This document shows positions 1-9,916 of a DNA stretch of 64,000 bases, one piece after another. Positions within the stretch are counted from its first letter, which is position 1; each line of letters opens with the position of its first letter. Below the pieces are notes generated by a model. The model was not told where the DNA came from. It saw nothing but the letters and a program-made list of their open reading frames with translations, and made no database searches. This DNA is from an uncultured Verrucomicrobiae bacterium (lineage in GTDB: Bacteria > Verrucomicrobiota > Verrucomicrobiia > Chthoniobacterales > JAFAMB01). Location: positions 288,001-352,000 of the forward strand of contig CAWIPH010000002.1 of assembly GCA_963837955.1 (NCBI GenBank), given 5' to 3'. Made by a program: the position numbers and the translations under genes.

Positions 1-182
1 CTGCCATCAATGTCTGTGGCGCAGTTAAGCTGGCGAGATCGGGCGGTCCGGGCCAGGTGATCGCGACCATTCTTTGCGACTCCGGTTCGCGATACGTTTC
101 CCGATTGTATAATCCTCGCTGGCTGGAAGAGAAAGGGCTAACCCCGAAATCCAAGGGTCTGGAATTCCTGGACAGGATTTAG
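1..182 (+). CDS. C-terminal part of a cysteine synthase-family PLP enzyme (5' end outside window)
   Basis: Frame 3 reads AINVCGAVKLAR...VIATILCDSGSRYVSRLYNPRWLEEKGL...*, typical of the CysK-family C-terminus; TAG at 180-182. Confidence 0.8.
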   Translation, partial: AINVCGAVKLARSGGPGQVIATILCDSGSRYVSRLYNPRWLEEKGLTPKSKGLEFLDRI

Positions 183-304
183 ATGATTCGAGTCCGGTAA
201 GCACACACGGTCCCGATTACTTCATTGCGCGGCTGCCCGTCCGCGTCAATCTGACGGTTGCAATCAGGCCGGTTACAAACGCGTCAAAAAGGATGAAGCC
301 ATCG

Positions 305-514
305 ATCCCGGAGGGATGCAATGAAAGTAGCCCAGCACTTCAGTGCTGGGTAAAGGTCTAAAAAACGTGTCCGTCCCGTTAGGGACGATCGACCTCCGCT
401 TGCGCTCGTAAAGTCACATTGGAAGTCAATAACTGAACGTTTCGATCGTCCCTCTCGGGACGGGCGGCCTTTGCTTCAATTCCCAGCACTGAAGTGCTGG
501 GCTACTTTCGTTGC
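305..514. repeat. REP doublet / REPIN-like inverted repeat element
   Basis: 318-350 and 482-514 are inverted copies (33 bp, 1 mismatch), each GTAG plus the palindrome CCCAGCACT-TC-AGTGCTGGG; inner inverted repeat 371-392/442-463. Confidence 0.85.
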
Positions 515-518
515 TCTC

Positions 519-1301
519 TCACTTAAATCGTAGCCGGACGGGATCGCCGATTTTTAAGCCGAGCTCCTTAGCCGCAGAAGATGAGACCAGCGAAATTTCC
601 AGAAAACCGATACTACCCCAAATGACAAAGGAGCTGTTTGGCTCTGTCGTGTCCTCGAGATAGAAGCGTCTGAGTTTTCGTATCTGATGGTTGCCGGCCT
701 CGAGCATGAACGATTCCGGTAATGCACCGGCGGGCAAGGCGCTCCGCTCGATACCGGTTACACAATTCCCGAAATGATCGATATGAACGATCCTTGACTC
801 GACCAAAGAAGAAGAGATGCATACCGGCTCTGGGAGCAGCTGAACGCTTGAGAGTTGTTCCCCGATTTCTTGCAGGGGAATACCAAGGCTCAACGCGGCG
901 GCCGCCGGAGCAAAGACATCACGACCATGAAATGTGTTACTAATGTTTTCTCTGAACGAACTGGTTATGCTGAACGCTTCGTAATCTCTGGCGCGCCGCA
1001 GTACGAAAGACAAGACGCCGTTGTCGGGAGCAACAAAGAAATGGGCGCCGACCTTTGCTGCAATCGGCTGTCGCGTTGAGCCGACTCCGGGATCAACGAC
1101 AACCAAATGGATTGTGCCGGCTGGAAAGTTGTCGTAAGCGCCAAAGAGGACATAAGCGGCAGAGAGAATATTCTGCGCGGCGATCTTATGGGTGATATCG
1201 ACGATTTGGGCTGCCGGATTGCGGCTGAGGATGACGCCTTTCATTGCCGCACAGTAGTAATCGGCGGTCCCGAAATCCGTGAGAAGAGTGATTACGCTCA
1301 A
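519..1301 (-). CDS. SAM hydroxide adenosyltransferase / SAM-dependent halogenase family (DUF62)
   Basis: ITLLTDFG, VVDPGVGS, PDNG, TFHGRDVFAP and HIDHFGN motifs. Confidence 0.92.
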   Translation of the reverse strand: MSVITLLTDFGTADYYCAAMKGVILSRNPAAQIVDITHKIAAQNILSAAYVLFGAYDNFPAGTIHLVVVDPGVGSTRQPIAAKVGAHFFVAPDNGVLSFVLRRARDYEAFSITSSFRENISNTFHGRDVFAPAAAALSLGIPLQEIGEQLSSVQLLPEPVCISSSLVESRIVHIDHFGNCVTGIERSALPAGALPESFMLEAGNHQIRKLRRFYLEDTTEPNSSFVIWGSIGFLEISLVSSSAAKELGLKIGDPVRLRFK

Positions 1302-1633
1302 ACTGGTCCAGGATTAGCCGTCCGTGGCGTGACCGCTACCTCGGCGTTCAGCCATTTGAGAAAGCTTAAGTTAACAGATTCAGGCGCGATCTCTGCAATC
1401 AAGTTCGTGTAACTGACGTGTTGACGGATTACTTCTTCGAGCGCGTTGCGATAGCCCGATTGGGTTTTGACAAGCAGAACCGTCTCGGGTTCCTCGACGA
1501 TCTTTCCTTCCCAAAGATAGGCGCACGTGATTGGAAACCAGTTGGTGCAGACGGCTAACTCTTGTTCCAGCAGCGCGCGACTGATCTGGCGGGCTTCGTC
1601 AGGAGTGTTGAGCGTAACGTAGTAGATTCGCAT
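1298..1633 (-). CDS. cutA: Divalent-cation tolerance protein CutA
   Basis: YVT...EARQISRALL...LAVCTN...YLWEGKI..EPE..LLVKT; 4-nt overlap with DUF62 gene. Confidence 0.88.
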   Translation of the reverse strand: MRIYYVTLNTPDEARQISRALLEQELAVCTNWFPITCAYLWEGKIVEEPETVLLVKTQSGYRNALEEVIRQHVSYTNLIAEIAPESVNLSFLKWLNAEVAVTPRTANPGPV

Positions 1634-1790
1634 GAGTCGAAAGCAATCGCAGATCCACCTAATTTCTCGCTATGGGAGCAAGATCAAGGGGGGAGCGTAG
1701 GTCACCGGCAGGGAGGAACTATTAGCGCGCCTTATCCTCAGAAAAATACTGCTCGCCGACGCCCTGTTGGCGCCGGCGAGAGGAGGTATT

Positions 1791-2117
1791 TTAAGCCCCG
1801 GGTTTTTGGCCGGCTATCAGCTGTTTGATGATGCCTACGATTACCATGAGCACACCGCCGCCGACACCGCCGCCGGCGATCTGTTCAACGATCGACCCAA
1901 TGTCCAGGCCACCAGCAGCCGTCGCCGCCGTTCCTGCTGTTGCTCCGCTACCGAGGATCATTCCAAGCAATTGTCCCCCAAGCCCGCCGCCAACGATCCC
2001 GGCAATCGTGTTGCCGAGTGGGCCAAGATTGTATTGCTTTAAAATATTACCAATAATGTTGCCGCCGGCAGCGCCGGACAGCAGTTGGATAATCAGATTA
2101 ATAATTGTCGCATTCAT
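1791..2117 (-). CDS. Small glycine-rich membrane protein of unknown function
   Basis: Three hydrophobic Gly-zipper segments; GAAGGA Shine-Dalgarno-like sequence upstream. Confidence 0.75.
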   Translation of the reverse strand: MNATIINLIIQLLSGAAGGNIIGNILKQYNLGPLGNTIAGIVGGGLGGQLLGMILGSGATAGTAATAAGGLDIGSIVEQIAGGGVGGGVLMVIVGIIKQLIAGQKPGA

Positions 2118-2400
2118 TGAGATATCCTTCTCGTACGCTTCCTACAGCCGACGAAAAGCCATCTAGAACTCTGGGCAGCAACCAGACTTCAAAAATGCTC
2201 TCACAGGCTTCCTGAGCCTCAACCACCACCAAGTCAATCCTAGCTGGTTCAGTCAGCCTATCAGCCTGGCTTTTAATCCGCAATACGGATCAGCGTCAGG
2301 CCGGCGACCGGAAAATCCGGCCTGGATTGGGGAAAACAACGCACGTCTTGCGTCGGGATACTGAGTTGTGCAGAGGGACGCACTCCGGTACATAACTGAT

Positions 2401-3177
2401 ATGAGTTCGAATACTCTTGATGGCAAGATCGGTGTCGTTTTTGGCGTCGCTAACAAACGCAGTATCGCTTGGGCAATCGCGCAAGCATGGGCACAAGCAG
2501 GCGCTAAACTGATCTTCAACTACCAGGGCGAACGACTTAAGGAAAACGTCGAGGAACTGGCCGGGACATTCGGTGCTGATACACCTGCCTATCCATGTGA
2601 TGTGACTAACGATTCCGAAATCGCTGATTTCTTTCAAAACGTCCGAAAACACACGGACAGGATAGATCTTCTTCTTCACTCGGTGGCGTTCGCCCCTCGG
2701 GAGGCTCTCGAGGGAGACTTTGTCAGCACAACGCGAGACGCTTTTCTCACGGCGCATAATATCAGTGCCTACTCTCTGGTCGGGATTGTCCGGGAGGCGG
2801 TGCCTTTGATGACTGCGGGTGGATCCGTCGTCGCTATGACCTACTACGGGTCTCAAAAAGTAGTTCCTCGCTACAATGTCATGGGTGTGGCCAAAGCAAG
2901 TTTGGAAGCGACTGCTCGTTATCTGGCATTCGACTTAGGAACAAAAAAGATTCGGGTTAACTGTATCAGTGCCGGGCCGGTCCAGACCCTGGCTGCTCGT
3001 GGGATCGCTGGATTTTCTACGATGATGAAGCACTACCAAGAGCACGCGCCACTCCGACGGAGTTGTGATCCTGCGGAGTTGGGCGCAACGGGGGTCTTTC
3101 TAGCCAGCGATGGAGCAGCCGCCATCACCGGTCAGGTCATCTATGTAGATGGCGGTTACCAAATCATGGGGATGTGA
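2401..3177 (+). CDS. fabI: Enoyl-ACP reductase FabI
   Basis: GVANKRSIAWAIA, YNVMGVAKASLE, VNCISAGPVQTLAARGI; ATG 2401 chosen as start. Confidence 0.96.
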   Translation: MSSNTLDGKIGVVFGVANKRSIAWAIAQAWAQAGAKLIFNYQGERLKENVEELAGTFGADTPAYPCDVTNDSEIADFFQNVRKHTDRIDLLLHSVAFAPREALEGDFVSTTRDAFLTAHNISAYSLVGIVREAVPLMTAGGSVVAMTYYGSQKVVPRYNVMGVAKASLEATARYLAFDLGTKKIRVNCISAGPVQTLAARGIAGFSTMMKHYQEHAPLRRSCDPAELGATGVFLASDGAAAITGQVIYVDGGYQIMGM

Positions 3178-4562
3178 CGGCAGAGTTGTCAGGAATGGAC
3201 TATTTCCGCGAGCTCATTGACCTAGTTGGTGCTTCGGCTGTTTCAGTCGAGCCTCGAAAATTGCAGGAGCACAGCGGTGATAAATGGTTCGCTACGCATC
3301 TTCCGGATGTTGTAGTAGAACCGGAAACGACCGAGCAGGTTGCTCTTGTGCTGGAGTTTGCCCAACGAAAACACATTGCGGTCACCCCGCGGGGCGCCGG
3401 CTATGGCTATGTCGGCGGGTGTGTGCCGGAGCACGGCGGTATTTCATTGTCCCTCGTCCGCATGAACCAAATCAAAGAGATTGCGGTTAGCGACGGTGTC
3501 GCAGTCGTCCAGCCTGGGGTAATCACTGCCCGACTGCAGGAGGCGGTCCGCCAGCGCGGATTGTTTTATCCGCCTGATCCAGCGAGCCGGAAGAACAGTT
3601 CCATTGGCGGTAATATCGCGACGAACGCTGGTGGTCCTCGCTGTCTTAAGTACGGAGTGACCCGTCACTACGTGCTCGGTTTGGAAGTGGTTCTCGCAGA
3701 CGGAATGATTGTCAGGGTGGGGGGACGAACGCTCAAAAACAAAACCGGCTTCGATTTGGTGGGACTATTTGTGGGCTCGGAGGGAATGCTTGGCGTTGTG
3801 ACCGAAGCGACGCTTCGGCTGCTGCCTCTGCCGCCGGCTCGGGCCTCACTCTCCGCGAGTTTTCAGACCATCGAGGCCGCCGCTGCTGCGGTTCAGGCGA
3901 TTTTGCAATCTGGCTTTCTTCCGTCGGCACTGGAAATCGCCGATCGGTTCACTCTCGAAGCAGCCAGGGAACATTTGGCTCAACGAGTCGTTCCGCAAGG
4001 AGACGCCCATTTGCTGGTCGATCTGGACGGGCAAGAGCAATCCGTAAAATTCGAGCTGGAGACATTAGCCGCTCATGTAGGGTCGCTGGGCGCGCTCACG
4101 GTTGAGAGCGCTTTTGGCGAAGCTGAGTGTGAGCGCCTATGGGATTTACGGAGAGGTTTCTCCGAATCACTCAAAGCGACGGGCTTAACGAAGCTGAATG
4201 AAGATGTGACCGTCCCGCGAGGGCGACTGGTTGACTTGATTCGATTTGCCGACCAGCTACAACAGCGTTTTGGTTTCCCCGTCGCCTGCTTTGGGCACGC
4301 CGGCGACGGAAACATTCACGTAAACGTCATGGTGGCGAATCCGGACGATCCCGAAGTTCAAACGCAAATGGAGACTGTTCTCGATGAATTGTTTCGCCAA
4401 GTCATCGATTGGGGCGGAGCAATTACGGGCGAACATGGAATCGGGCTGGCAAAAAAACGTTGGTGGCCGGCCGCGGTGACCAAGGAAAATCTGAAACTGC
4501 ATCGGATAATCAAAAGCGCGCTGGACCCTTCTGACATATTGAATCCTGGTAAGTTCCTCTGA
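3174..4562 (+). CDS. FAD-linked 2-hydroxyacid oxidase/dehydrogenase (GlcD/D-LDH family)
   Basis: FYPPDPAS, GGNIATNAGG, GSEGMLG, GHAGDGNIH, GEHGIG, LNPGK. Confidence 0.9.
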   Translation: MTAELSGMDYFRELIDLVGASAVSVEPRKLQEHSGDKWFATHLPDVVVEPETTEQVALVLEFAQRKHIAVTPRGAGYGYVGGCVPEHGGISLSLVRMNQIKEIAVSDGVAVVQPGVITARLQEAVRQRGLFYPPDPASRKNSSIGGNIATNAGGPRCLKYGVTRHYVLGLEVVLADGMIVRVGGRTLKNKTGFDLVGLFVGSEGMLGVVTEATLRLLPLPPARASLSASFQTIEAAAAAVQAILQSGFLPSALEIADRFTLEAAREHLAQRVVPQGDAHLLVDLDGQEQSVKFELETLAAHVGSLGALTVESAFGEAECERLWDLRRGFSESLKATGLTKLNEDVTVPRGRLVDLIRFADQLQQRFGFPVACFGHAGDGNIHVNVMVANPDDPEVQTQMETVLDELFRQVIDWGGAITGEHGIGLAKKRWWPAAVTKENLKLHRIIKSALDPSDILNPGKFL

Positions 4563-4834
4563 TCGGACGGATTTCCGCAGAAAAATAGAGCCTTACTACA
4601 CAAGATGATCAGCTAATCTTTGGACGTGGACGCTATTGGTGCATTCCGATGTTGAAAACTGCTCTTTTTCCTGAGATCAGTGCGAGGCGTGAGGAATTAC
4701 TCACTGGGGTAGTACGCGGAGAATCACGATCGGCCGAGCCTTCTTCTTTGAGAAGCGATAGATTTGTTTGAACGGATTCTCTTCGATCTCCCCCTATACT
4801 GCACATTCAGTTACCGCCCCCACATCGACTCAAT

Positions 4835-5683
4835 ATGCCGAAATACGGAATTCATGCGTTTACGTTGGACGGGTTCTGGAACAATCAGATAGCCCCGAGG
4901 GTTATTAGGCAGGCTGCGGAACTTGGGTTTGATCAAATAGAGATCCCCCTGCTTAAGCCGGCTGAATTTGATTCCAAAATGGTAGCCAAGTCCTTATCGC
5001 AAAACGGGATCACGGGCGTTGCTTCCCTCTGTTTACCGAAGGTTGCGCATCTCCCGTACAATCCCTCCGGTGCTTTGCAGTTTCTGAAAAATGCTATCGA
5101 TCGAGTTGTTGATTTCGGCGGGCGACAGCTGCTCGGCTGCTTGTACTGCAATCTTGGAACGCTTACTCGTCAGGCTCCGACGGACGACGAAAAAAAGAAG
5201 GTCGCCGATGTTCTCTCTCAGCTTAGAAGCTATGCGCAGCCGAAAGGAGTGTCACTCGGGATCGAGCCGGTAAATCGATATGAAACCTACCTCTGTAACA
5301 CTGGTGAGGACGCTTGCGAATACTTTCGAATGATGGGTGCCGATGATCTTATTATCCATTTTGACACTTATCACATGAACATTGAAGAGGACCGGTTTAG
5401 CACGGCGCTCAAACAGGCAGGGAAATTCGCTGGTTACATTCATATGAGCGAAAGCCACCGCGGGCTGCCGGGCGAAGGAACGGTCGATTGGGATGATGTG
5501 TTTCAAGGTTTAAAGGAAATTGAATATAAAGGGCCGCTAGTTCTGGAGGCGTTTGCCGCCATCAATCCTGATCTGATTGGGGCGACGTGTCTTTGGCGAA
5601 AAAGCCGCTACGAGCCTTTGCAACTGGCGACCAAAGGTTTGGAGTTCTTGAAAAAGAAAGTCGCGCAGCACGGCCTCGCGTGA
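4835..5683 (+). CDS. Ketose 3-epimerase (D-tagatose/D-psicose 3-epimerase family)
   Basis: EPVNRYE, HFDTYHMNIEE, HMSESHRG, LEAF metal and catalytic motifs. Confidence 0.88.
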   Translation: MPKYGIHAFTLDGFWNNQIAPRVIRQAAELGFDQIEIPLLKPAEFDSKMVAKSLSQNGITGVASLCLPKVAHLPYNPSGALQFLKNAIDRVVDFGGRQLLGCLYCNLGTLTRQAPTDDEKKKVADVLSQLRSYAQPKGVSLGIEPVNRYETYLCNTGEDACEYFRMMGADDLIIHFDTYHMNIEEDRFSTALKQAGKFAGYIHMSESHRGLPGEGTVDWDDVFQGLKEIEYKGPLVLEAFAAINPDLIGATCLWRKSRYEPLQLATKGLEFLKKKVAQHGLA

Positions 5684-5698
5684 CGTCTCGGTTCAGCC

Positions 5699-7267
5699 AT
5701 GTCCGCTTCTTCCGCAGCAACAATCCCCGCCGACACGTCCGAACTACAAGACGAATGGCCCAAGCCTGGAATTCGGGCTTCCACAAGTGCACTACTTGGC
5801 ATTGACCTAGGCACTTCAAGCGTGAAGGTGGTCGTCGTTTCCACCGCGGGAAAGATACTCGGCCTCGGCTCTGTTGAATACCCGATCTTGACTCCCGAGG
5901 CGGGTTGGGCAGAACAAGATCCCGAGGAATGGTGGACCGCCACGATTCGAGCCGTTCGAACAGCTGTCGATGCTGCTGGTAATCCGAAAATTTCCGCCAT
6001 CGGATTTTCGGGCCAAATGCATGGACCGGTATTGTTGGACAAGGCTCGAAAGCCGTTGGGCAATGCTATCATATGGGCCGATCAACGCGGCGCTTCGGTC
6101 CTGCCCGAGATCGAAGAGCGGGTCGAACGTCGTTTCCTCGCGACCGTCTGTGGGACGGCCCCCGCGGCTGGATTTCTCATTTCCACGCTCTTCTGGCTTC
6201 AACGATTCGATGCGAAGCGGTTTGATCAGATCGGTTCGATTCTCCTGCCGAAGGACTATTTGCGGTTTCGACTTTGTGGCGACTTAGCAACCGATCCGAG
6301 CGATGCAGCGGCGACCGGTTTGTTTGATGTAGCGAACTTGGTTTGGTCTCGAACGGTGATTGAAAAGCTCGGAATGCCAATCGCAATCTTTCCGAAGATC
6401 CGAGACTCGGTCGAATTAGCCGGAAAACTCACCTCCCGGGCCGGCGAAGCATTGGGTCTTCCTTCCGGTATTCCAGTCGCTGTGGGAAGTGCTGATCAAC
6501 CCGCCCAGGCCGTCGGGAACGGCCTCTTCGATCCAGGTCGCGGCTCGATAACTATCGGCACTGGTGGACAAGTGTTTGTGCCGATGGCGGCGCCGCTCGC
6601 GGATTCTCAGGCGCGGCTTCACACTTTCTGTCATGCTGACCGTCGTCGCTGGTATTTGCTTGGGGCCATGTTGGCAGCCGGTATGGCCTTACGATGGCTG
6701 CGCCACAACTTGTACGGAGAGGCCCTCTCCTATTCCGAGATGGATCGGCAGGCCGAGAAAATTAAACCAGGATGCGAAGGTCTGTTTTTTCTCCCTTACC
6801 TGGTTGGCGAACGTTCTCCGATTATGGATCCGAAGGCGCGCGGCGGCTTTGTTGGATTGACCCTCCGTCACCAAGGACCGCACTTCGTTCGCGCCCTGTT
6901 AGAGGGGGTCGCATTTTCGCTGCGACAAATTGTGGAAGCGATGGAGGAGACTGGGGCTTCGGTAGACGACTGGATTGTTTCTGGGAACGGCTTGGCAAGT
7001 CCACTTTGGAGACAGATTCTGGCAGACATTTTGGGAAGACCGCTCCTTCGCGGTAGCGACGAGAGCTCTGCCGAGCGGGCCGGGGTGGGCGCTGCCATTC
7101 AGGGTGGGATAGCGGCAGGCGTACTCAAAAGCTTTGAGGAAGCCAAACGATTTGCACCTGTTTTCGACCAGGTGACGAAACCAGACCCCGGTCGGACGCA
7201 GGCATACTCGGAGGCTTTTGGCCGTTACAAGGAAATCTATGCTCGCTTGCGCGACTGGTTTGTCTGA
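5699..7267 (+). CDS. xylB: Xylulokinase (FGGY family)
   Basis: GIDLGTSSVK, EQDPEEWW, SGQMHG, LLPKDY, FLPYLVGERSP. Confidence 0.85.
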   Translation: MSASSAATIPADTSELQDEWPKPGIRASTSALLGIDLGTSSVKVVVVSTAGKILGLGSVEYPILTPEAGWAEQDPEEWWTATIRAVRTAVDAAGNPKISAIGFSGQMHGPVLLDKARKPLGNAIIWADQRGASVLPEIEERVERRFLATVCGTAPAAGFLISTLFWLQRFDAKRFDQIGSILLPKDYLRFRLCGDLATDPSDAAATGLFDVANLVWSRTVIEKLGMPIAIFPKIRDSVELAGKLTSRAGEALGLPSGIPVAVGSADQPAQAVGNGLFDPGRGSITIGTGGQVFVPMAAPLADSQARLHTFCHADRRRWYLLGAMLAAGMALRWLRHNLYGEALSYSEMDRQAEKIKPGCEGLFFLPYLVGERSPIMDPKARGGFVGLTLRHQGPHFVRALLEGVAFSLRQIVEAMEETGASVDDWIVSGNGLASPLWRQILADILGRPLLRGSDESSAERAGVGAAIQGGIAAGVLKSFEEAKRFAPVFDQVTKPDPGRTQAYSEAFGRYKEIYARLRDWFV

Positions 7268-7283
7268 TAGGAATTCAAAGAGC

Positions 7284-8018
7284 TCACGGAGTTGCCGGAT
7301 CAGCGCCGCCTGCCATGCGAGCGTTGAAGGCCGCGTGTTCCTCCCACCGCCGCGCGTGTAACGCGGCTAATGCAGCTGCCGTTTCTGCTTGTTTCTTGCT
7401 GGACCCTTCGCCGACTCCAAGTTCGGTTCCTTCCCAGAGCACCTTCGCAATGAAGAGTTTCTGATGTTCCGGGCCCGCTTGAGAAATGATTTCGTAGATC
7501 GGGCTCTTGGCCGAGATGGCCTGAAGAATTTCCTGCAATTGGCCTTTGGGGTTTACCTCAAGCGGTTGCAGTGAGAGTAGGTGAATATCGCCCTGCGCTT
7601 CGTCCAGCACAAATCGGCGGACGGTCTCCAAATTGCTATCGAGATACATAGCGCCGACCAATGCTTCAAATGCATCGGCTAAAATCGATGCCCGTTTGCG
7701 GCCACCACTCGCCTCCTCGCCTCGTCCCATCATTAAGTAGGTGCCGAGCCCGATGCTGATGGCATGTACCTTCAGCCCTTCCCGAGAAACGAGTCGAGAG
7801 CGAAGCTTGGTTAATTGTCCCTCGCTGAACTGCGGAAAAAGCCGGTACAAATGTTCAGTAAAGATGAGTTGGAGGACGGCGTCCCCGAGAAATTCCAAAC
7901 GCTGGTTGTCGAAGTGATGACGTTGGGTCTCGTGCCCGAGGCTCGGGTGAGTTAACGCCTCTGCCAACAGCAGCGAATTTCGAAACTTGTAACCGATGCG
8001 TTGCTCTAGGGGGTTCAT
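7284..8018 (-). CDS. rnc: Ribonuclease III
   Basis: ALTHPS, NQRLEFLGDAVL, LADAFEALVGA and a dsRBD (NPKGQLQE...GSSKKQAE). Confidence 0.96.
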   Translation of the reverse strand: MNPLEQRIGYKFRNSLLLAEALTHPSLGHETQRHHFDNQRLEFLGDAVLQLIFTEHLYRLFPQFSEGQLTKLRSRLVSREGLKVHAISIGLGTYLMMGRGEEASGGRKRASILADAFEALVGAMYLDSNLETVRRFVLDEAQGDIHLLSLQPLEVNPKGQLQEILQAISAKSPIYEIISQAGPEHQKLFIAKVLWEGTELGVGEGSSKKQAETAAALAALHARRWEEHAAFNARMAGGADPATP

Positions 8019-8111
8019 TATCTTAACGGGACCATCGAGGCACGATCGAGCGATGGTCACTCACTCTGATCGTATCGATCCATCGCATCCGTACCGTCGC
8101 GGAAACTACTT

Positions 8112-9614
8112 CTAGGCTACCGGATTCACCTCAACCGGTTCCGGATAATAGTACCCGAATAGATGCCGCTCTTTGATTAGGGCGGCTACTTTTGCCGGTA
8201 CGGCCGACTCCCACCCCGTTTCACCAGCATGAATCTTGCCGAGGATATCCCTCGAAAAGATGTTCATGGTGTCAGGATCGAACCCAACGATCTGCGCGAG
8301 ATAGTGGTTTTCGAGAAGGTGAGCGTACAGGTTTCGCAAGTGAAGCTCCACTTGCAGGTTAGTAGCGTTGATCCAGACATCGTTGGCCAACGGATGAGAG
8401 GAAGTCCCGAGCGAGGGCGTTGGGCAATATCCGCCACCTTGGCAATACCGATCGAACGCACTCTTCCGCATCGGATAGATATAGAGCTTGGTGTTCGCTT
8501 TGAATAATCGTCCGAAAGATTCGAGGATTCCGCCGTCCAAATGCTCGTAGTATTTTTCATTAAAGACCTCGAGCAAGTTGTTGATCCCCATGACGACTCC
8601 GACCATCTGCTTAGTGTAGCGGCGGAAATAAGAAGTCAGCCGGTAAAACTCTCGATAATTAGAAATCAGCACGTAGTTGCCGATGGCGGCGAGCGTATCG
8701 ACTCGAGCCAGGAAATCCTCGTGATCGATATTCCCTGAAGCCAAAAGGTTATGCATCGTGATCTCCATTAGCACGAGGATATCGACGCCTTGCAGTGCCG
8801 GTTCTTGCAAGAATTGTGCGAGGGAGCAGCGGATCATGTCTTCGTTCACCAAGGTGACTGGTCGAAAACTTCCGCGTTCAACCAGGATCGCTTTCTTGTG
8901 GAGCACCTCGGAAGGCTGGAGCACTTCGCCTTGCGGACCAAACATCACCGCGTTGGTAAGTCCGTACTCGACGAGTTTTAGGCTCATCAGGCGATTGTCG
9001 ACCCTCTCAAAAAGTGGGCCGCTAAAACCGATCATGTCCACTTCGATGCGCTCCGTGGACAAGTTGTCGGCCAGCGATTGGATGAATTTGTCTTGATCGT
9101 TGAGGTAATAGAATGCGCCGTAAATCAGATTGACCCCTATGATGGCAAGCGCTTGCTGTTGCAGGACGTTCTCCTTATCCCACATTCGGACGTGCATTAC
9201 GACGTCGCTGGGCGGGGTGCACGGCTCTCCCTGAAAACGGATTCCCATCCAGCCATGGCATTCGTTGGTTCCTTTAAAGTTGCGTGCGGCGACCGTATCC
9301 GCGAAGGCAAAAAAAGTAGTCCGGTCTCCCCGAGCTTCTTTTAGTCGCTGGATCAATAAGTCGTATTCGTGATCGAGCATTTTGGCCAGACGTTCCCTGG
9401 AGACATAGCGCGCCGATTTCCCGTAGATTTCGTCGCTAAATTTCATGTCATAGGCCGAAATCGATTTCGCGATGGTGCCTGCAGCGCCTCCAGCCTGGAA
9501 AAATTGCCGGGCGACCTCTTGTCCGGCACCGATCTCTGCAAAGGTGCCGTATTTCGCTTCATCCAAATTGATGGTGAGCGCTTTACGATTCGTCGTGAGA
9601 AGTTCCGAAGACAT
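8112..9614 (-). CDS. Conserved protein with a C-terminal nucleotidyltransferase-like domain (putative NMN/NaMN adenylyltransferase-like family)
   Basis: YGTFAEIGAGQEVAR, SAYDM..SD.IYG, CHGWMGIRFQ, ERGSFRPVT, WESAVP..VA.LIKE..LFG. Confidence 0.6.
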   Translation of the reverse strand: MSSELLTTNRKALTINLDEAKYGTFAEIGAGQEVARQFFQAGGAAGTIAKSISAYDMKFSDEIYGKSARYVSRERLAKMLDHEYDLLIQRLKEARGDRTTFFAFADTVAARNFKGTNECHGWMGIRFQGEPCTPPSDVVMHVRMWDKENVLQQQALAIIGVNLIYGAFYYLNDQDKFIQSLADNLSTERIEVDMIGFSGPLFERVDNRLMSLKLVEYGLTNAVMFGPQGEVLQPSEVLHKKAILVERGSFRPVTLVNEDMIRCSLAQFLQEPALQGVDILVLMEITMHNLLASGNIDHEDFLARVDTLAAIGNYVLISNYREFYRLTSYFRRYTKQMVGVVMGINNLLEVFNEKYYEHLDGGILESFGRLFKANTKLYIYPMRKSAFDRYCQGGGYCPTPSLGTSSHPLANDVWINATNLQVELHLRNLYAHLLENHYLAQIVGFDPDTMNIFSRDILGKIHAGETGWESAVPAKVAALIKERHLFGYYYPEPVEVNPVA

Positions 9615-9916
9615 GGCCTGGGGCTACTTTAATCAATATCGCGTTGAACGCCAACCTGTCAGCCTGTTGAAAAAAACATCCACGAACATCACGGTTGAAC
9701 GATCTCGCTCTTGCGTTTTACGAAAATAGTAAGAGACTCCAGGAGATCTCATTCCGGATTGAATAATCGCTCAGCCAAAACGTACACTGCGATGGTCTGT
9801 TTTCGATCCGGGCTCTATTCTCCGCATCCATTCAGCGATTTTGCGGTGCTTCATTTACCGGTGTCTCCCCAGTTTGGTTGCCTATCTGTGTCGAATAAAC
9901 TCTTCTTCCTCAATCG

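Noticed and set aside
305..514. Possible CRISPR array
   Set aside because: Only two units, inverted rather than direct; no spacer series and no cas genes
2297..2324. Hairpin CAGGCCGG...CCGGCCTG between the Gly-rich gene and fabI
   Set aside because: A single 8-bp stem with no U-tract and no second copy seen; insufficient for a call
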